Source: a virus. From it: DNA of 64,000 nucleotides. The stretch's first letter is position 1, and the number at the start of each line of letters is the position of its first letter. Made by a program: the position numbers and the translations under genes. This document shows positions 8,150 through 18,900 of the stretch, piece by piece. Below the pieces are notes generated by a model. It searched no databases and had not been told where the DNA came from. It was given only the letters and a program-made list of their open reading frames with translations. The stretch lies in IMG/VR virus record IMGVR_UViG_3300037427_004270, one strand, 5' to 3'.

Positions 8150-9229
8150 TTACCACTTTCTACAAGACCAATATCTAGCTTTTGTCTTAGGTCCTGGATT
8201 CTTGCAATTGTGACGGGCTCTAAAGCTCTTTCTTCTTTTTGGGTTTGACTTTTTAATTTTCATTCCCTTTTGTCCGAAGTTTACTTTCTTGACGTTTCCT
8301 GTCTTTGGATCTTTCACATAAACTTTGAATTTCTTAACGTCGCCGCGCATAGGCTTGTTGAGCTTTACTTTGCGTCCTTGGTACTCTGCTTCAGCAACAA
8401 CGTCGTCCCAGAACTCCATGTTCTCTTCAACAGGAGTGCCGTCATCATAAGTAGCGTCAGAGATATGATAATAAGTTTCCAACATTCTGAACTGTTCGTC
8501 TTTTAAAATTTCCGCTACGACTCTAGCGATAAAGTTTTGTTCGTTTTGCATCTCAATCGACTCCTTTTTCTTTCCCCACTTTTTTCCTTTTCCCTTTGTC
8601 CCACACGCTGATGGCGTTGGTCGGCAGGATGGATATTTAGATCTTTTTTCTCCATCTTTTCTTCCGCAAGACTTGCAGGTCTTTCTTCCCGTCTTCTTGT
8701 CTTTCCTGCAGGTGTTGCAGTCAACCCAGCCTTTGCTTTTACCTTTCCCGCCTTGGCGAGAAAACCAACCATGAAGGCCATCTTTCTTTTCTTTGGAATA
8801 GTCTGTCTTGGCTTTCTTCTTTTTTACTTTTCTCTTCTTTTTCTTTTCTTCGATGCTCTTTCTTATTTCTTTCTTTATTTTAACTGGTTCTGCTTGTGCG
8901 CCTCTACCAAAAAACTTTTGCCTCATACCTACTGATAGAGTATCCTCGCCAGAAAGAACTGATGCTAAATAATCAATGCTGGCGTCGAGGTCTTCGAGGG
9001 TGTCTAGCTTGTTACTAATTTGCCTTAACAGGTTTAGCTCTTCTGTGTTCTCTTCTGTCTCTTCGACTTCTTTGATACCTTTCCAAATTTTACCTTGTCG
9101 GCATTTTACAACAGCTCCGGAAGCATAAGCGGATGGCCACACATCATATTTTCTTTTAGCAATACGAGTGCATCTATCTGATTTTTTCTTTTTTACTTTA
9201 CGCTTTTTCTTTTCTTCGATATCACTCAT
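8150..9229 (-). CDS. multi-module basic/Cys protein of T4-like marine phages (DUF5872/DUF6321-like), putative head protein
   Basis: RKYDVWPSAYASGAVVKC, LHGWFSR..KGWVDC, YPSCRP and AEYQGRKVKLNKP...KARYWSCRKW modules. Confidence 0.7.
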   Translation of the reverse strand: MSDIEEKKKRKVKKKKSDRCTRIAKRKYDVWPSAYASGAVVKCRQGKIWKGIKEVEETEENTEELNLLRQISNKLDTLEDLDASIDYLASVLSGEDTLSVGMRQKFFGRGAQAEPVKIKKEIRKSIEEKKKKRKVKKKKAKTDYSKEKKDGLHGWFSRQGGKGKSKGWVDCNTCRKDKKTGRKTCKSCGRKDGEKRSKYPSCRPTPSACGTKGKGKKWGKKKESIEMQNEQNFIARVVAEILKDEQFRMLETYYHISDATYDDGTPVEENMEFWDDVVAEAEYQGRKVKLNKPMRGDVKKFKVYVKDPKTGNVKKVNFGQKGMKIKKSNPKRRKSFRARHNCKNPGPKTKARYWSCRKW

Positions 9230-9396
9230 TTTTTCTTGCCTCTTTTCTTAACCTTTTTTTCCACTTGCTCTAAACGCACTTTTATAAGTTCGTTATCAAT
9301 TTCAAGCTGGCGTATAGTAGTCAACTGATATGTCATAACTCCCACAACAAGCGTTGTGACGAGTGCAGTGGCTACTTTTGTAAGATCTATATGCAT
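9226..9396 (-). CDS. small membrane-anchored coiled-coil protein (56 aa)
   Basis: Manual translation MHIDLTKVATALVTTLVVGVMTYQL...; TGA overlaps next ATG; late motif 3 nt upstream; not in ORF track. Confidence 0.65.
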   Translation of the reverse strand: MHIDLTKVATALVTTLVVGVMTYQLTTIRQLEIDNELIKVRLEQVEKKVKKRGKKK

Positions 9397-9446
9397 ACAA
9401 TAAATAGATGCGTATTTCTTAAAGTATTTGGTTGTTGTTTATTTTT

Positions 9447-9632
9447 TTAATATAAGATGCCGATGATCATACATTCAGACAAGGTATGTGATGATTTCGA
9501 GACACATTCAGCAAACAAGATAAGAGACTCCGCGATAACTTTCACTACTAAGGCCCCGAGGATAGCACCAACCGTCACTCTCCCTATCCCTGCAGCTAAG
9601 GCTGGCCTGCATATGTCTATCAGCTTTTTCAT
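9447..9632 (-). CDS. small hydrophobic hypothetical protein
   Basis: 61-aa ORF filling the gap between co-directional genes. Confidence 0.45.
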   Translation of the reverse strand: MKKLIDICRPALAAGIGRVTVGAILGALVVKVIAESLILFAECVSKSSHTLSECMIIGILY

Positions 9633-9649
9633 GCAGAGTATATAGGGTC

Positions 9650-10042
9650 TTATTCTTTAAAATATTTACCTGGACTATATTTCTTTAGAAGTCTAGACCA
9701 AGCTTCTTCTTTTAATCCTAAGAAGTCTCTGGCATCGTTTAAAGAATTACATTTGCTGAGGGCATATAAGATAATTGATTCATTAACAATATCTCTGACA
9801 GCATTCCAAATATTAAAGCCAAAATACTTGCCATGACACTTCTTAGTAGTTAATTCTAATTTAAGAGAGATCAATTCTTCTAGACTTAAAGAATTAATAG
9901 CTATCTCTACTTTTTCATCAATTACATTATCAGCATAGAGTTTGTTTCTAACTGAGTAATCTTTATTTAATCCTTGAGTGTGCTTAGATCTAATCATAAC
10001 TGCTTTAGTGCTTAGGCATAGTGCATTGCCTCGCCCACCCAC
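9650..10042 (-). CDS. hypothetical protein with Fis-like HTH C-terminus
   Basis: IILYALSKCNSLNDARDFLGL resembles the Fis-type HTH. Confidence 0.5.
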   Translation of the reverse strand: MGGRGNALCLSTKAVMIRSKHTQGLNKDYSVRNKLYADNVIDEKVEIAINSLSLEELISLKLELTTKKCHGKYFGFNIWNAVRDIVNESIILYALSKCNSLNDARDFLGLKEEAWSRLLKKYSPGKYFKE

Positions 10043-10085
10043 ACCCTAAGCTTAATATAGAATATAAAATTAATTAAGTAACGAT

Positions 10086-10952
10086 TTATAAATTATCTAA
10101 ATCAAGTTCAGGTTCTTCTTCAGCAGGCTCTTCAGTAGGTTCTTCTTCAGTACCTAAGTCATCTAAATTTAGATCCCCTAATCCTGCATCGTCTTCACCA
10201 GCAGATCCCAAGCCAATATCACCACTAGAAACTTCTTTTTCTGCATCGTCATATTCAGGATTTGTTGGTTCATCTACGCTAGTTGAGAGCTCATCTTCAA
10301 ATCTATCAAAATATAATTTTAAGTTTGCAGTCAAATAGTCGTAGAATAGATCACTGTCAGAGGGATCAGCTAAGAGCTTGTAGGAGTCCAAGATGTTTTT
10401 TTCAATTTTCTGGAATGTAACCATTGCAAAGTTACGACCAGTTTCATCAGCACCAGAGATGCCAAAAGAATCAGCGTCCTGCTTCTTACCGCCACTCGTT
10501 GTGATGTCGGGCTTTGTTTTTCCGTATATGTCAATGAACTTATTTAAGATGTTTTCATCTTCAACTTCATCTTCCATCACGACAGATGCATCTTCAGAGA
10601 GGCCAGACCTTTCCATACCAATTTCAGGCAACAATAAGTTTTGGACAGCCTTTACAATGTGTGCCCTAAAAGATTCCCTCTGTTCAGAGCTGGAGGTTAA
10701 AGTTTTAAAGTCTTGTTCGAGGACAGGAATAATTTTCTTTAATAATTTCTCTAGCTCGTTGATACCAGTGTTTTTGTGCGGAGAATTCTCTACATCTTCA
10801 GCAACCATCTTCTTGATGGCTTTTCTAATTTCTGTCTCGCTGATAAGCTTCTGTAAAACTTCTACATCTTTTTCAGCAAACTTCTTTGCGACAGATTCTC
10901 TAATAGCTTTACGAAGGTATATTTCTTCGTGCATGTCTTTTCTACTAAGCAT
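10086..10952 (-). CDS. acidic putative internal virion protein
   Basis: 288 aa, IxE/LxE-rich N-terminus, very acidic C-terminal tail. Confidence 0.6.
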   Translation of the reverse strand: MLSRKDMHEEIYLRKAIRESVAKKFAEKDVEVLQKLISETEIRKAIKKMVAEDVENSPHKNTGINELEKLLKKIIPVLEQDFKTLTSSSEQRESFRAHIVKAVQNLLLPEIGMERSGLSEDASVVMEDEVEDENILNKFIDIYGKTKPDITTSGGKKQDADSFGISGADETGRNFAMVTFQKIEKNILDSYKLLADPSDSDLFYDYLTANLKLYFDRFEDELSTSVDEPTNPEYDDAEKEVSSGDIGLGSAGEDDAGLGDLNLDDLGTEEEPTEEPAEEEPELDLDNL

Positions 10953-13017
10953 TTTTACGTCTCCTTCGAACCTTTTTGGTGGCCTTACCGCTGTGCCCTA
11001 CAGCACTACCAATGGCCATTCCCGAAATTTCTTTAAGTTTTCTTTTTACAATTTTAATTTCTCTCTTCACCGGAACAACAGCGATCCCTTCAGCATCCTC
11101 CGGCTCGCTCTCTTCTTCAATACTGGCCCACCGTCTTCGTGTGGACGGATAAGCTTCGTTAACACATTGTAATACAATATCTTGTATTTCTTTACCTTCA
11201 ATAGTTAAAGCCTCATTCAGACCAATGTTAGATCTAAGCAAAGAAAATATTTCCATCGCATCGTCGCGCTTCGTTTTATCCTGGTAAATATCGGGCATCA
11301 TTTTTAAAAATGTTTCAAAGTCATCTTCCCGAACCGAGTTGCGAACATCGGTGGCTCTTGCAAAACGACCTGCGACAACTTGGTCTATAACAATATCGTC
11401 CCTGTCTTTTCCAGCATTATTGTATCTTCCGTCCTTGACATCATCTTCACCGATGACAAGAACAATGCGTGAGTTAGCCGGTGCATTATCAATATAGTCG
11501 TAAACAGCTTGTATAGGGGAAGGAACATCAGTTGTCATCAATTCATTATGAAAAAGGGGGATAATATCTCCCTGCAAACCATGATGCTCAACAAACAGTT
11601 CCCAAACCTGCCTTGAGAGCTCCGGAGAGAAGTTCTCATGCGTTTTCTCGGATATTGCCACTAACACCTCGTCCGTACTCTGCAAAGCCTTTAGAGCGGC
11701 GTCAAAGTGGCCTTTGTGTGGTGGCTTAAACTTACCTGGGAATAATGCGATGTTTAATGGTCTATCCGAACCTTCTTCTTTAATACTTTTAGGGTCTACC
11801 TTTTTGGTTCTACCAAACTTTAAGATACCGAGTATTTGGTTTACGGGTGCAAAGTTTCCGGTAAACTTATATACGTTTCCTTTATAATTGAAAACAAAGC
11901 CCTCCGACGCAGTGGTGATATTGTCGAAGTCTTTAATTTTTGAAAGTTGCTTTCTTAGGATATTAAGCTCGCCTTCGTCATTAGCTGACGTGATGGCATC
12001 TATTGCTTGTTTCAATTGCTTCTTTAATCTTTTTACCTCTGCTCTGTTGTCAAGGACATACATGCTATTGAGGTTCTTTAACATCTCTACGGCAAAATCA
12101 TGAATAGTATCTTCTAGTGGATAAACAATCCCACTTAGCATCTTGGGGGATTCTTTAATAAAGTCTTTAACTGCGCTGCGAACACCAACATCATCCTTTG
12201 GGATCATTTTCATTATTTGTGGAATACCTGCGCCTTTTACCTTAAAGACTCTTCTAATAACCTCGACACGAACATCATCTTCAATGCCCGGTATTGCTTC
12301 CCTTAATTTCTCATCCACGTTCTTTACCATGAAATCACCAACAGTGTCTCCATCGCTAAGGTTGTTTCTGTCTAGCAAGCTATCTATCCTATCAAGAGCC
12401 TTATCCAAGTGTTTGCCGTCGGACAATGCTTTGAGTCGTATATAGGCGCTCACATGTACCTCATGTTCTCCCTGCTGGCCAAGCTCTCCTACCTTGTTGA
12501 GGATATTCTCGATGGTGGCAATATTATCATCATTCTCTAGCGGAGTCATTTCTTTTGTCTTGGGATCAATACGAACATGACCACTTCTATGTAATGTAAT
12601 ATATTTTCCGCCCAAGTTTACAACATTAGCAGTTCTTGGGTCCATTATTTCAACACTATAGAATTTGTCAGCATCACGTCCAAAGACTTTTCTCTGGGCC
12701 GAGTATGGAAGACTTCTACAGAAGTTCTCGAAAGCTGCAAGAGCCTCGGAAAAAGTAAACTCTAAGTCTCCTCTTCCCTTGAACTTATCCACTAGCTGGT
12801 CTACATCTAAGCCACCATCTTTTATATTGGATTTATTTCTAGCAGAAACAGCTTTATCTCTCGCAATAGAGTAAGATACAAACAGGTTCTGTCCATCTGT
12901 CTTTTCTGTACCAACAAGTTCACCCTGACTTGCTTTGCTGAAAAGTTCTTTTATCTCAGCGAATGTCAAATCAGGGTTATCATGTAGGTGCATCAAGTGA
13001 CCATAAAGTCCACCCAT
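10945..13017 (-). CDS. ligase-like nucleotidyltransferase (KxDG, DUF6267-like) fused to HxGH cytidylyltransferase-like domain
   Basis: GHLMHL..TEKTDGQN and SEGFVF..YKFTG motifs; LFPGKFKPPHKGH; start coupled to upstream stop (TAATG). Confidence 0.78.
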   Translation of the reverse strand: MGGLYGHLMHLHDNPDLTFAEIKELFSKASQGELVGTEKTDGQNLFVSYSIARDKAVSARNKSNIKDGGLDVDQLVDKFKGRGDLEFTFSEALAAFENFCRSLPYSAQRKVFGRDADKFYSVEIMDPRTANVVNLGGKYITLHRSGHVRIDPKTKEMTPLENDDNIATIENILNKVGELGQQGEHEVHVSAYIRLKALSDGKHLDKALDRIDSLLDRNNLSDGDTVGDFMVKNVDEKLREAIPGIEDDVRVEVIRRVFKVKGAGIPQIMKMIPKDDVGVRSAVKDFIKESPKMLSGIVYPLEDTIHDFAVEMLKNLNSMYVLDNRAEVKRLKKQLKQAIDAITSANDEGELNILRKQLSKIKDFDNITTASEGFVFNYKGNVYKFTGNFAPVNQILGILKFGRTKKVDPKSIKEEGSDRPLNIALFPGKFKPPHKGHFDAALKALQSTDEVLVAISEKTHENFSPELSRQVWELFVEHHGLQGDIIPLFHNELMTTDVPSPIQAVYDYIDNAPANSRIVLVIGEDDVKDGRYNNAGKDRDDIVIDQVVAGRFARATDVRNSVREDDFETFLKMMPDIYQDKTKRDDAMEIFSLLRSNIGLNEALTIEGKEIQDIVLQCVNEAYPSTRRRWASIEEESEPEDAEGIAVVPVKREIKIVKRKLKEISGMAIGSAVGHSGKATKKVRRRRKNA

Positions 13018-13265
13018 TACTTTTTCTCCTGCAGAGGTTTTTGCTCTTCCTCTAAGACCTTCACCCTCTCTTGAAGCCTCTTCGCATGCTTGCGACATTG
13101 CTTGATGCTTTCTTTCGCAACCGCAATCCTTCGAGCCTCTTGCTTGGAAGCAGGTCTAATACTAGAAAGAATTTCTCCGACATGTTGAATATATTCCAAC
13201 AAGCCAGGTTTGTCAAGTGACTCCCCCATGAGAAATCTTCTGGTCATCTTATCATAATCAATCAT
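13017..13265 (-). CDS. hypothetical protein
   Basis: 82-aa ORF, translationally coupled on both sides. Confidence 0.7.
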   Translation of the reverse strand: MIDYDKMTRRFLMGESLDKPGLLEYIQHVGEILSSIRPASKQEARRIAVAKESIKQCRKHAKRLQERVKVLEEEQKPLQEKK

Positions 13266-13476
13266 TAAGAATTTCCCTTATACTTCTAGCCTTCTTTTTG
13301 GGAGCTTCGACCACCTCTTCAACTACTTCTTCTTCTGCAGTCTCAACTTCGGCAACCTCTACGGGCTCCTCTACAACAACAACTCTCTTAGGAATAACCT
13401 CAGTTACTGTTTCTCTTTCTTGTTCTCTCAAGAGCATTGCTCTAGCTCTCTTCTTTCTTTGCTTTGGACTTGCCAT
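13258..13476 (-). CDS. hypothetical protein
   Basis: 72-aa ORF, basic N-terminus, acidic core. Confidence 0.6.
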   Translation of the reverse strand: MASPKQRKKRARAMLLREQERETVTEVIPKRVVVVEEPVEVAEVETAEEEVVEEVVEAPKKKARSIREILND

Positions 13477-14746
13477 ATCTAATCACCACCTTTCGTTTTT
13501 TATTTTCTCGTAACATCCCTTCCTTAAAAGGGATATTGTTAATTTTAAATTCTCCTGCCAATGCCTGAAGGACTTGTTTGATAGCATCTCCGGGAATATT
13601 TCTACTTTTCATAGTGTCTTTAAGGGATTGGCTCCCTTTCACTTTAGTATTCCCCACTGCAGATGGACCTCTTGTTAGGGGTGCAGTTTTTGCATCGAGT
13701 TGCTCGTCGTCGCCTTTTAGCTTTGGCGCAACTTTCATATATTTGGAAAGAACGTTTTTCAGGCCCGTTGCTATGTCTGAAGGGTTTGGTATCTTGTCGT
13801 TTACTATATCTGTAATTGCTGTAATCACTTCTTCATACTCAGCTCTGCTATTGATGAGAGCGAGTTGCCTTATCAGAGCGGGATTCTTTCCCATATAAGT
13901 TTGCAATCTCTTTGCATCAGAAGTTTTGTACCCACCAAGAGCCTGCTCAATATCTGCCTTAACTGCCTCTTCGTTCATGCTTGTGAGTTTGTTTGTGAAG
14001 TTGAACACATTTGGTGCGGTCCAGGCAGCATTGGCTTTCCAATTGGTTTTGGTATTCCCCCAGTTTCCTTTGGCGGGATCAAAATAGGAATCCATAGCCC
14101 TAGCTAAAGATTTTAGGGCTCCTGGCTCTACGCCGGGATAATCTTTAAGCCACTTGATAATACCCAAAGTATCAATCTTTCCTTTTTCTCCTGCTAGCTT
14201 TAGAGGAGGATATTTATCAGGAGCAAGTTCAACATCTGCAGGAACTTCTTTAGCAACAGCAGTAACATCTGTTGCATCAAGCTCGCCGTCCTGGGCGACC
14301 TTCTTAATGTTATCTATAGCTTTCTCTGTTTCTTCTGGGGGCTTGTCGGCCAACATACCAGCAAGCTTGCCGAGGAGGTCCCTTGTATTACTTTGTAAAT
14401 CAGTAAGACCAAGACTCGCAACTTGTTGCATAAGCCGATCAGCCTTTTCCTTATCGGACACTGGAGCCTCTTCCTTCTTTAGTTTTCCTGTTGAATGCCA
14501 CCATTCGGCTGCAGCTTGATATAATTGTTTTTCAGCTTCAGGATCTGACATACCGGAAGAAGCAATATCCCATGCGTCTTTCCAGGCATCCTCGCCAGTG
14601 GAACCAACAACTGCTTGCTTGAAACTACTGAGTCTTTTGCTGAGAGAAACCTCGTTGAGAGTGTTATCTTTTTTCAAAGAAACACCTTGGTTCTCCAAAA
14701 GCCTTTCAAACAGCTTCAGGTTTCTTTTGTCAAAGACCTTCTTCAC
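13442..14746 (-). CDS. putative internal virion protein
   Basis: GTG start overlapping upstream TAG; leader KRNLKLFERLLENQG..LNE. Confidence 0.65.
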   Translation of the reverse strand: MKKVFDKRNLKLFERLLENQGVSLKKDNTLNEVSLSKRLSSFKQAVVGSTGEDAWKDAWDIASSGMSDPEAEKQLYQAAAEWWHSTGKLKKEEAPVSDKEKADRLMQQVASLGLTDLQSNTRDLLGKLAGMLADKPPEETEKAIDNIKKVAQDGELDATDVTAVAKEVPADVELAPDKYPPLKLAGEKGKIDTLGIIKWLKDYPGVEPGALKSLARAMDSYFDPAKGNWGNTKTNWKANAAWTAPNVFNFTNKLTSMNEEAVKADIEQALGGYKTSDAKRLQTYMGKNPALIRQLALINSRAEYEEVITAITDIVNDKIPNPSDIATGLKNVLSKYMKVAPKLKGDDEQLDAKTAPLTRGPSAVGNTKVKGSQSLKDTMKSRNIPGDAIKQVLQALAGEFKINNIPFKEGMLRENKKRKVVIRYGKSKAKKEES

Positions 14747-15159
14747 TACTCGTCTTCCTTCGTAGAACAATGAGCTTCGTCTACTTTTTCCTCGCCACTG
14801 AGCTTTGCGCCACAGTTCGTGCAGTGGTTGTTAGCTTTGCTATTCAAAGTTCCGCACTGAGGACAGTGCATGGCCATGATGCCTTCTCTAACTTCTTCTT
14901 GCTCTTCTTTCATCTCACACTCACAAGGAGACTTGCCACACTTGGGACACACTTCGCCTTCAGTGACTTCTTTTTTGGCTTTTGCGTCTTTTGCAGCTTT
15001 TTCCATTGGCTCGTCTTTGTTGCCATCACCGTCGAGATCTCGATAATCAGGCTTCTTTTCTTCTTCCTTGATGGAACTCTCGTGTTTTAAACCTTGGTTT
15101 TCAAGCAGTCTATTGAAGAGTTTTTCATTTCTGTTATTTAATAGCTTATGTCGTTTCAT
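14746..15159 (-). CDS. small putative virion protein with zinc ribbons
   Basis: Leader NRNEKLFNRLLENQG; DLDGDGNKDEPM motif; CPKC..CEC and CPQC..CTNC. Confidence 0.7.
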   Translation of the reverse strand: MKRHKLLNNRNEKLFNRLLENQGLKHESSIKEEEKKPDYRDLDGDGNKDEPMEKAAKDAKAKKEVTEGEVCPKCGKSPCECEMKEEQEEVREGIMAMHCPQCGTLNSKANNHCTNCGAKLSGEEKVDEAHCSTKEDE

Positions 15160-15548
15160 TTTTTAATACTCCCGTATTTTATTCCATCTTCCCAATCTCG
15201 CAGGAGACAGTTACCTTCTAAGTAGGCTTCTTTTTCCATTAATCTCAAATGTTCGTTGTTTTGCATATATCCCTCTGTTGCAGGGCCAGCGTTATCAAAC
15301 TCACCTCGACAGTTCTGTGCGTGATGTACCAGCTCGTGTGCAAGAGAACGCATACAGTCTTTCGGCTGTCTGTTTGTTGTGTATATCACAATCTTGTTTT
15401 CTGCAGGAGAATAGTGAGCAGTCATCCCCAATAATAGTTTAGCATTTTCAGGGTCATGACGCAATACGACTCTCACAGGCTTATTATATCCGAGGACACC
15501 CTGTGCATACGGAACGAATTCCTTTATCATATCTTTTAGATCTTTCAT
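15156..15548 (-). CDS. zincin-like metallopeptidase domain protein
   Basis: RSLAHELVHHAQ (HExxH) plus downstream EKEAY. Confidence 0.7.
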   Translation of the reverse strand: MKDLKDMIKEFVPYAQGVLGYNKPVRVVLRHDPENAKLLLGMTAHYSPAENKIVIYTTNRQPKDCMRSLAHELVHHAQNCRGEFDNAGPATEGYMQNNEHLRLMEKEAYLEGNCLLRDWEDGIKYGSIKK

Positions 15549-15551
15549 GCA

Positions 15552-15561
15552 TATAAATAGT
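15552..15561 (-). promoter_or_regulatory. putative late-promoter motif ACTATTTATA
   Basis: 3 nt before ATG. Confidence 0.6.
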
Positions 15562-15564
15562 ATT

Positions 15565-15900
15565 TTATAGTGCTACTTGCACTAAAATAATGATTATACA
15601 CAGTACAAGGCATATTCCGGTCTTAATTGTTACGGTTTCACCGAGAAAAAAATAGGTCATAAAAGTGAAAACAATTGTACCGATAGTAAAGCCCATGATG
15701 CGACAAGGCCAGAGATTTTCCTCAAAAACTTCATAGCCAAGTCTCGTAGCTTGAATAAAGATATATGAAAATGGAATACCAAGGAGACACAGCAGCGGAG
15801 TGTTATCTCTAAAACTTTTCCAAACAAGTTGGCCACTACTCTGTAGCCAGACAAGAATATGCCCTAAGAATACTAAGCCAACAAATGTCAGGAGTTTCAT
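15565..15900 (-). CDS. small 4-TM membrane protein (DMT/SMR-like)
   Basis: Four hydrophobic helices; FFLGETVTIKTGICLVL resembles the DMT C-terminal signature. Confidence 0.6.
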   Translation of the reverse strand: MKLLTFVGLVFLGHILVWLQSSGQLVWKSFRDNTPLLCLLGIPFSYIFIQATRLGYEVFEENLWPCRIMGFTIGTIVFTFMTYFFLGETVTIKTGICLVLCIIIILVQVAL

Positions 15901-18900
15901 TACGCACCAGAGCCAGGAGGAGCACTCTTACTTCTCTTGGTGGGTGCAAGCTTGTGCCCCTTATCAGCCGTTTTTCCAGGAACTCTTATAAGCAGGCCCT
16001 TCCTCGTGGAGTGTTGTTTTTTAGCCGGACTATTCTGGTAGTCTTTTGCTTCTTGAGCTGGCTGTGGAGCTCCCAACGTTGCACCCACTGGCTCTCCTGC
16101 TTGGACACCTGCGAGCTTTCTGTCGGCATCAAAATTATTATCTCTTCTGATACTCTGAGGGTTCATCTTTATCCATCTCTCAGTAGCAGACTGAAGAGAG
16201 GCTTGCCAGAGCTTCCAGTGTTTGTCGAATAGTCTAGTTCCGTCAACAATAGCGTCGAGTTCTTCCTCGCTGTATTTGGAGAGTTCAACGGATATATCCA
16301 TTTTAGCTGTTGTCTTATAAACTATCATGTAACCCACCAAATCATTTCTTTCCGAAACATACATGATTCTATCAATGATATCGTCTGTGTCCTGCTCCTC
16401 CATACCTGGTAGAGAAGGCTGTCTTTGTAGAAGCTTTTGAAAGACATTTAGTCCTCTTCTGAGTATTTTCTGAGCTCCGTCATTACTTGGCCTATCACCA
16501 ATAATTTGTGTCTTGTCTTGCTGTACTTCTTCCGGTGGTGGATAAGGAATACTAAATTCCATCTCGCCATTTTCCGGGTCAAAAGATATCAAGTGAAGAT
16601 TCTTATATTGTTCTTCAAACTCATCCTGTAATTCTTTTGCAGTTTTATCTTCAACTTCTCTGCCGTCGTCTTCGGGGTCATATACTTGAACTTCAGCATT
16701 CTCACCCTGACCATAAAGCAAAGTATCATATTTTGTGAAAGGTAAAACACCTCCCTCAATGAGAGTTGCCCTTATTTTTCCTTGGCATGCTTCATATTTG
16801 TTATCGGGACCATACTCGACATTGTTGAAGAAGTCTTCTGCTCCTTCTATACCACTTTCTCCATAAAAAGAGCCATAGCATTCAATTGTTACTTTCACAG
16901 TTCTTCCACTAACGTGGATATCAATATACTGCATAAGATCTTGCATGATGGCCGGGTCTTCCTGATTGCCAATCATGAGGTTCTGATTTGCATCCTGAAA
17001 CGCATCCCGAAGGGCATCGAGCTCATACATATCCAAGTCTTCTTTCCCGTCAAACTCTCCTGAGTCGTAGATAAAAGATATCGTTGCTTCCACATTGATA
17101 GTCATATCTTCGTAGTCGTCGTATGTATCGAAAGCTAGCGATATTCTATTTCCATGATCGAGGCGCTGTTCTGCTGCTTCCATTATCTCTTTCAGTTTAC
17201 TATCGTAATCAATCATCTCATAATCGAATACAGTATCAAACCTACCTTCAAAGCCATTGTCTTTAAGTACATCTTTTAATTTACCATGTAATATTTCAAA
17301 CTCATCCCCGCGCACAGGAGTATCTGTTACATCCATAAACTGCTTTGAACCATAATGAAACTGGAATCTGTCTCCGTCATCTTCGGGATCATCACGAGTA
17401 TCTCCCGGAGTATGGATATAAAACAACGGGTCATCCTCGCCACCGTAGTATTGATTAAAATAATCTAAGCCAGGAGAAGCAGTGCACCAGCTAGTCTTTT
17501 TACCTAGTAAACATGCAGCGCCCTTTCCATGAGCTGCAGCAATAACCCAGCCATCCTTACTTCTTCTAAACTGAGGGATGCCCTGCTCGTCTCGAAGAAC
17601 TTGGCCCTTGTCATCTAACTTATACCCACCAGCGAAAAACTCTGTTCTGCCAACAGCATCATTTGCCATCTTCTTGTCGTTTTCTGCATCAATAGAAGCC
17701 TGTCCAGCTTTGACGACATCATCTAGCATTTCTTTAGTTTTTATTTGCCCGATGTCAGAAACTTTCATATGTCTTGGGTGCTGAAAGAACGTTTCGAAGT
17801 TCTGACGGATAAGTATAGCATCACGGTTGGCCAGCGGGTACTGTCCTGAGAGTATTCTGTCTCTCAGCTCAGTGTCTGTTTTAAGATACCTCAGCCACCA
17901 AAATATTATCTGAGCTCGGTTTGAATCTTGTATGGATTTGTGTTTCTCCGGTTGGTGGGTGCGAGAAATGTTACCAGGAACTACATCTGCCGGAGTATAT
18001 GTCAGAGATATTACTGAATGCAATTTCTTGTGTAGTCTATTATAGTCATCACCGGGATCTTTACCTTGATCAAAGTTATAGCTTTTGATAATCTTCTTTC
18101 CGGCTTTGCCTCCGAGGGAACTCATTGCGTCGTCAAGACTGACTTCTTGCAACAACTCCTCTCCAAGTAGTTTTACTAAAATTCTTTCTTCTAACTTCAT
18201 AGCACTTTCCTCTAGACCTAACTGGCCCATAATAGCATCAATACTGTCTCGCGTACCTACGAGCTCTTTTTCTGGAGCCTCTCGCGGATGATTCTTTATC
18301 CACTCTTTCGCAAGTTTTGTAAACTCTTTAAAAGCTTTCACGTCCATCTTTTCGGGCCACTCATTAGCGGCGGGACCGGTCGTTGCTGGCAAATCTGAAC
18401 TCAACGAATGTGAGAAGTTTCTCAAATCGCTGATAGCACCTGCATAAAGCCTATCCATTTCTTCTGCTGGAATTTTGCTTTCGGGGTCTGTGATCATCAC
18501 TGACCAGCGCATGTCCATAATAATATATTCTTGCTTTCCTTTGCGGCCAGTAATATCAAGCTTTGGTTCTCTTATTTTGGCCTTGAAAACTCTATCCACA
18601 GGAACTTCGCCATTATCATATTTTTCCTTACCACTGTTGAATGTATGTAATGCAACGCCTTCAACCATCTTAGAATATTCAGGAAGGTCCATTTTCATTC
18701 GGAGGTAACTCACAAACTGCTCGTTCCTTGATCTGTCGTTACCTCGGAATTCCTCGTGTCCTGTCATCTTCTCATAACCACCGATTTCATCTGGTATGGG
18801 CAAATAAACAAAATTCTTAATATTTGCAACGAGCCTTCCAGCTTCAACCTCAGTGGCAGACATATATGCGTGTGCACTTGGTTTGTCCGGAGCTTCGTTG

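Noticed and set aside
10393-11172. 259-aa + strand ORF
   Set aside because: Antisense shadow of well-supported minus-strand genes; Ser/Phe-rich, no motif or RBS.
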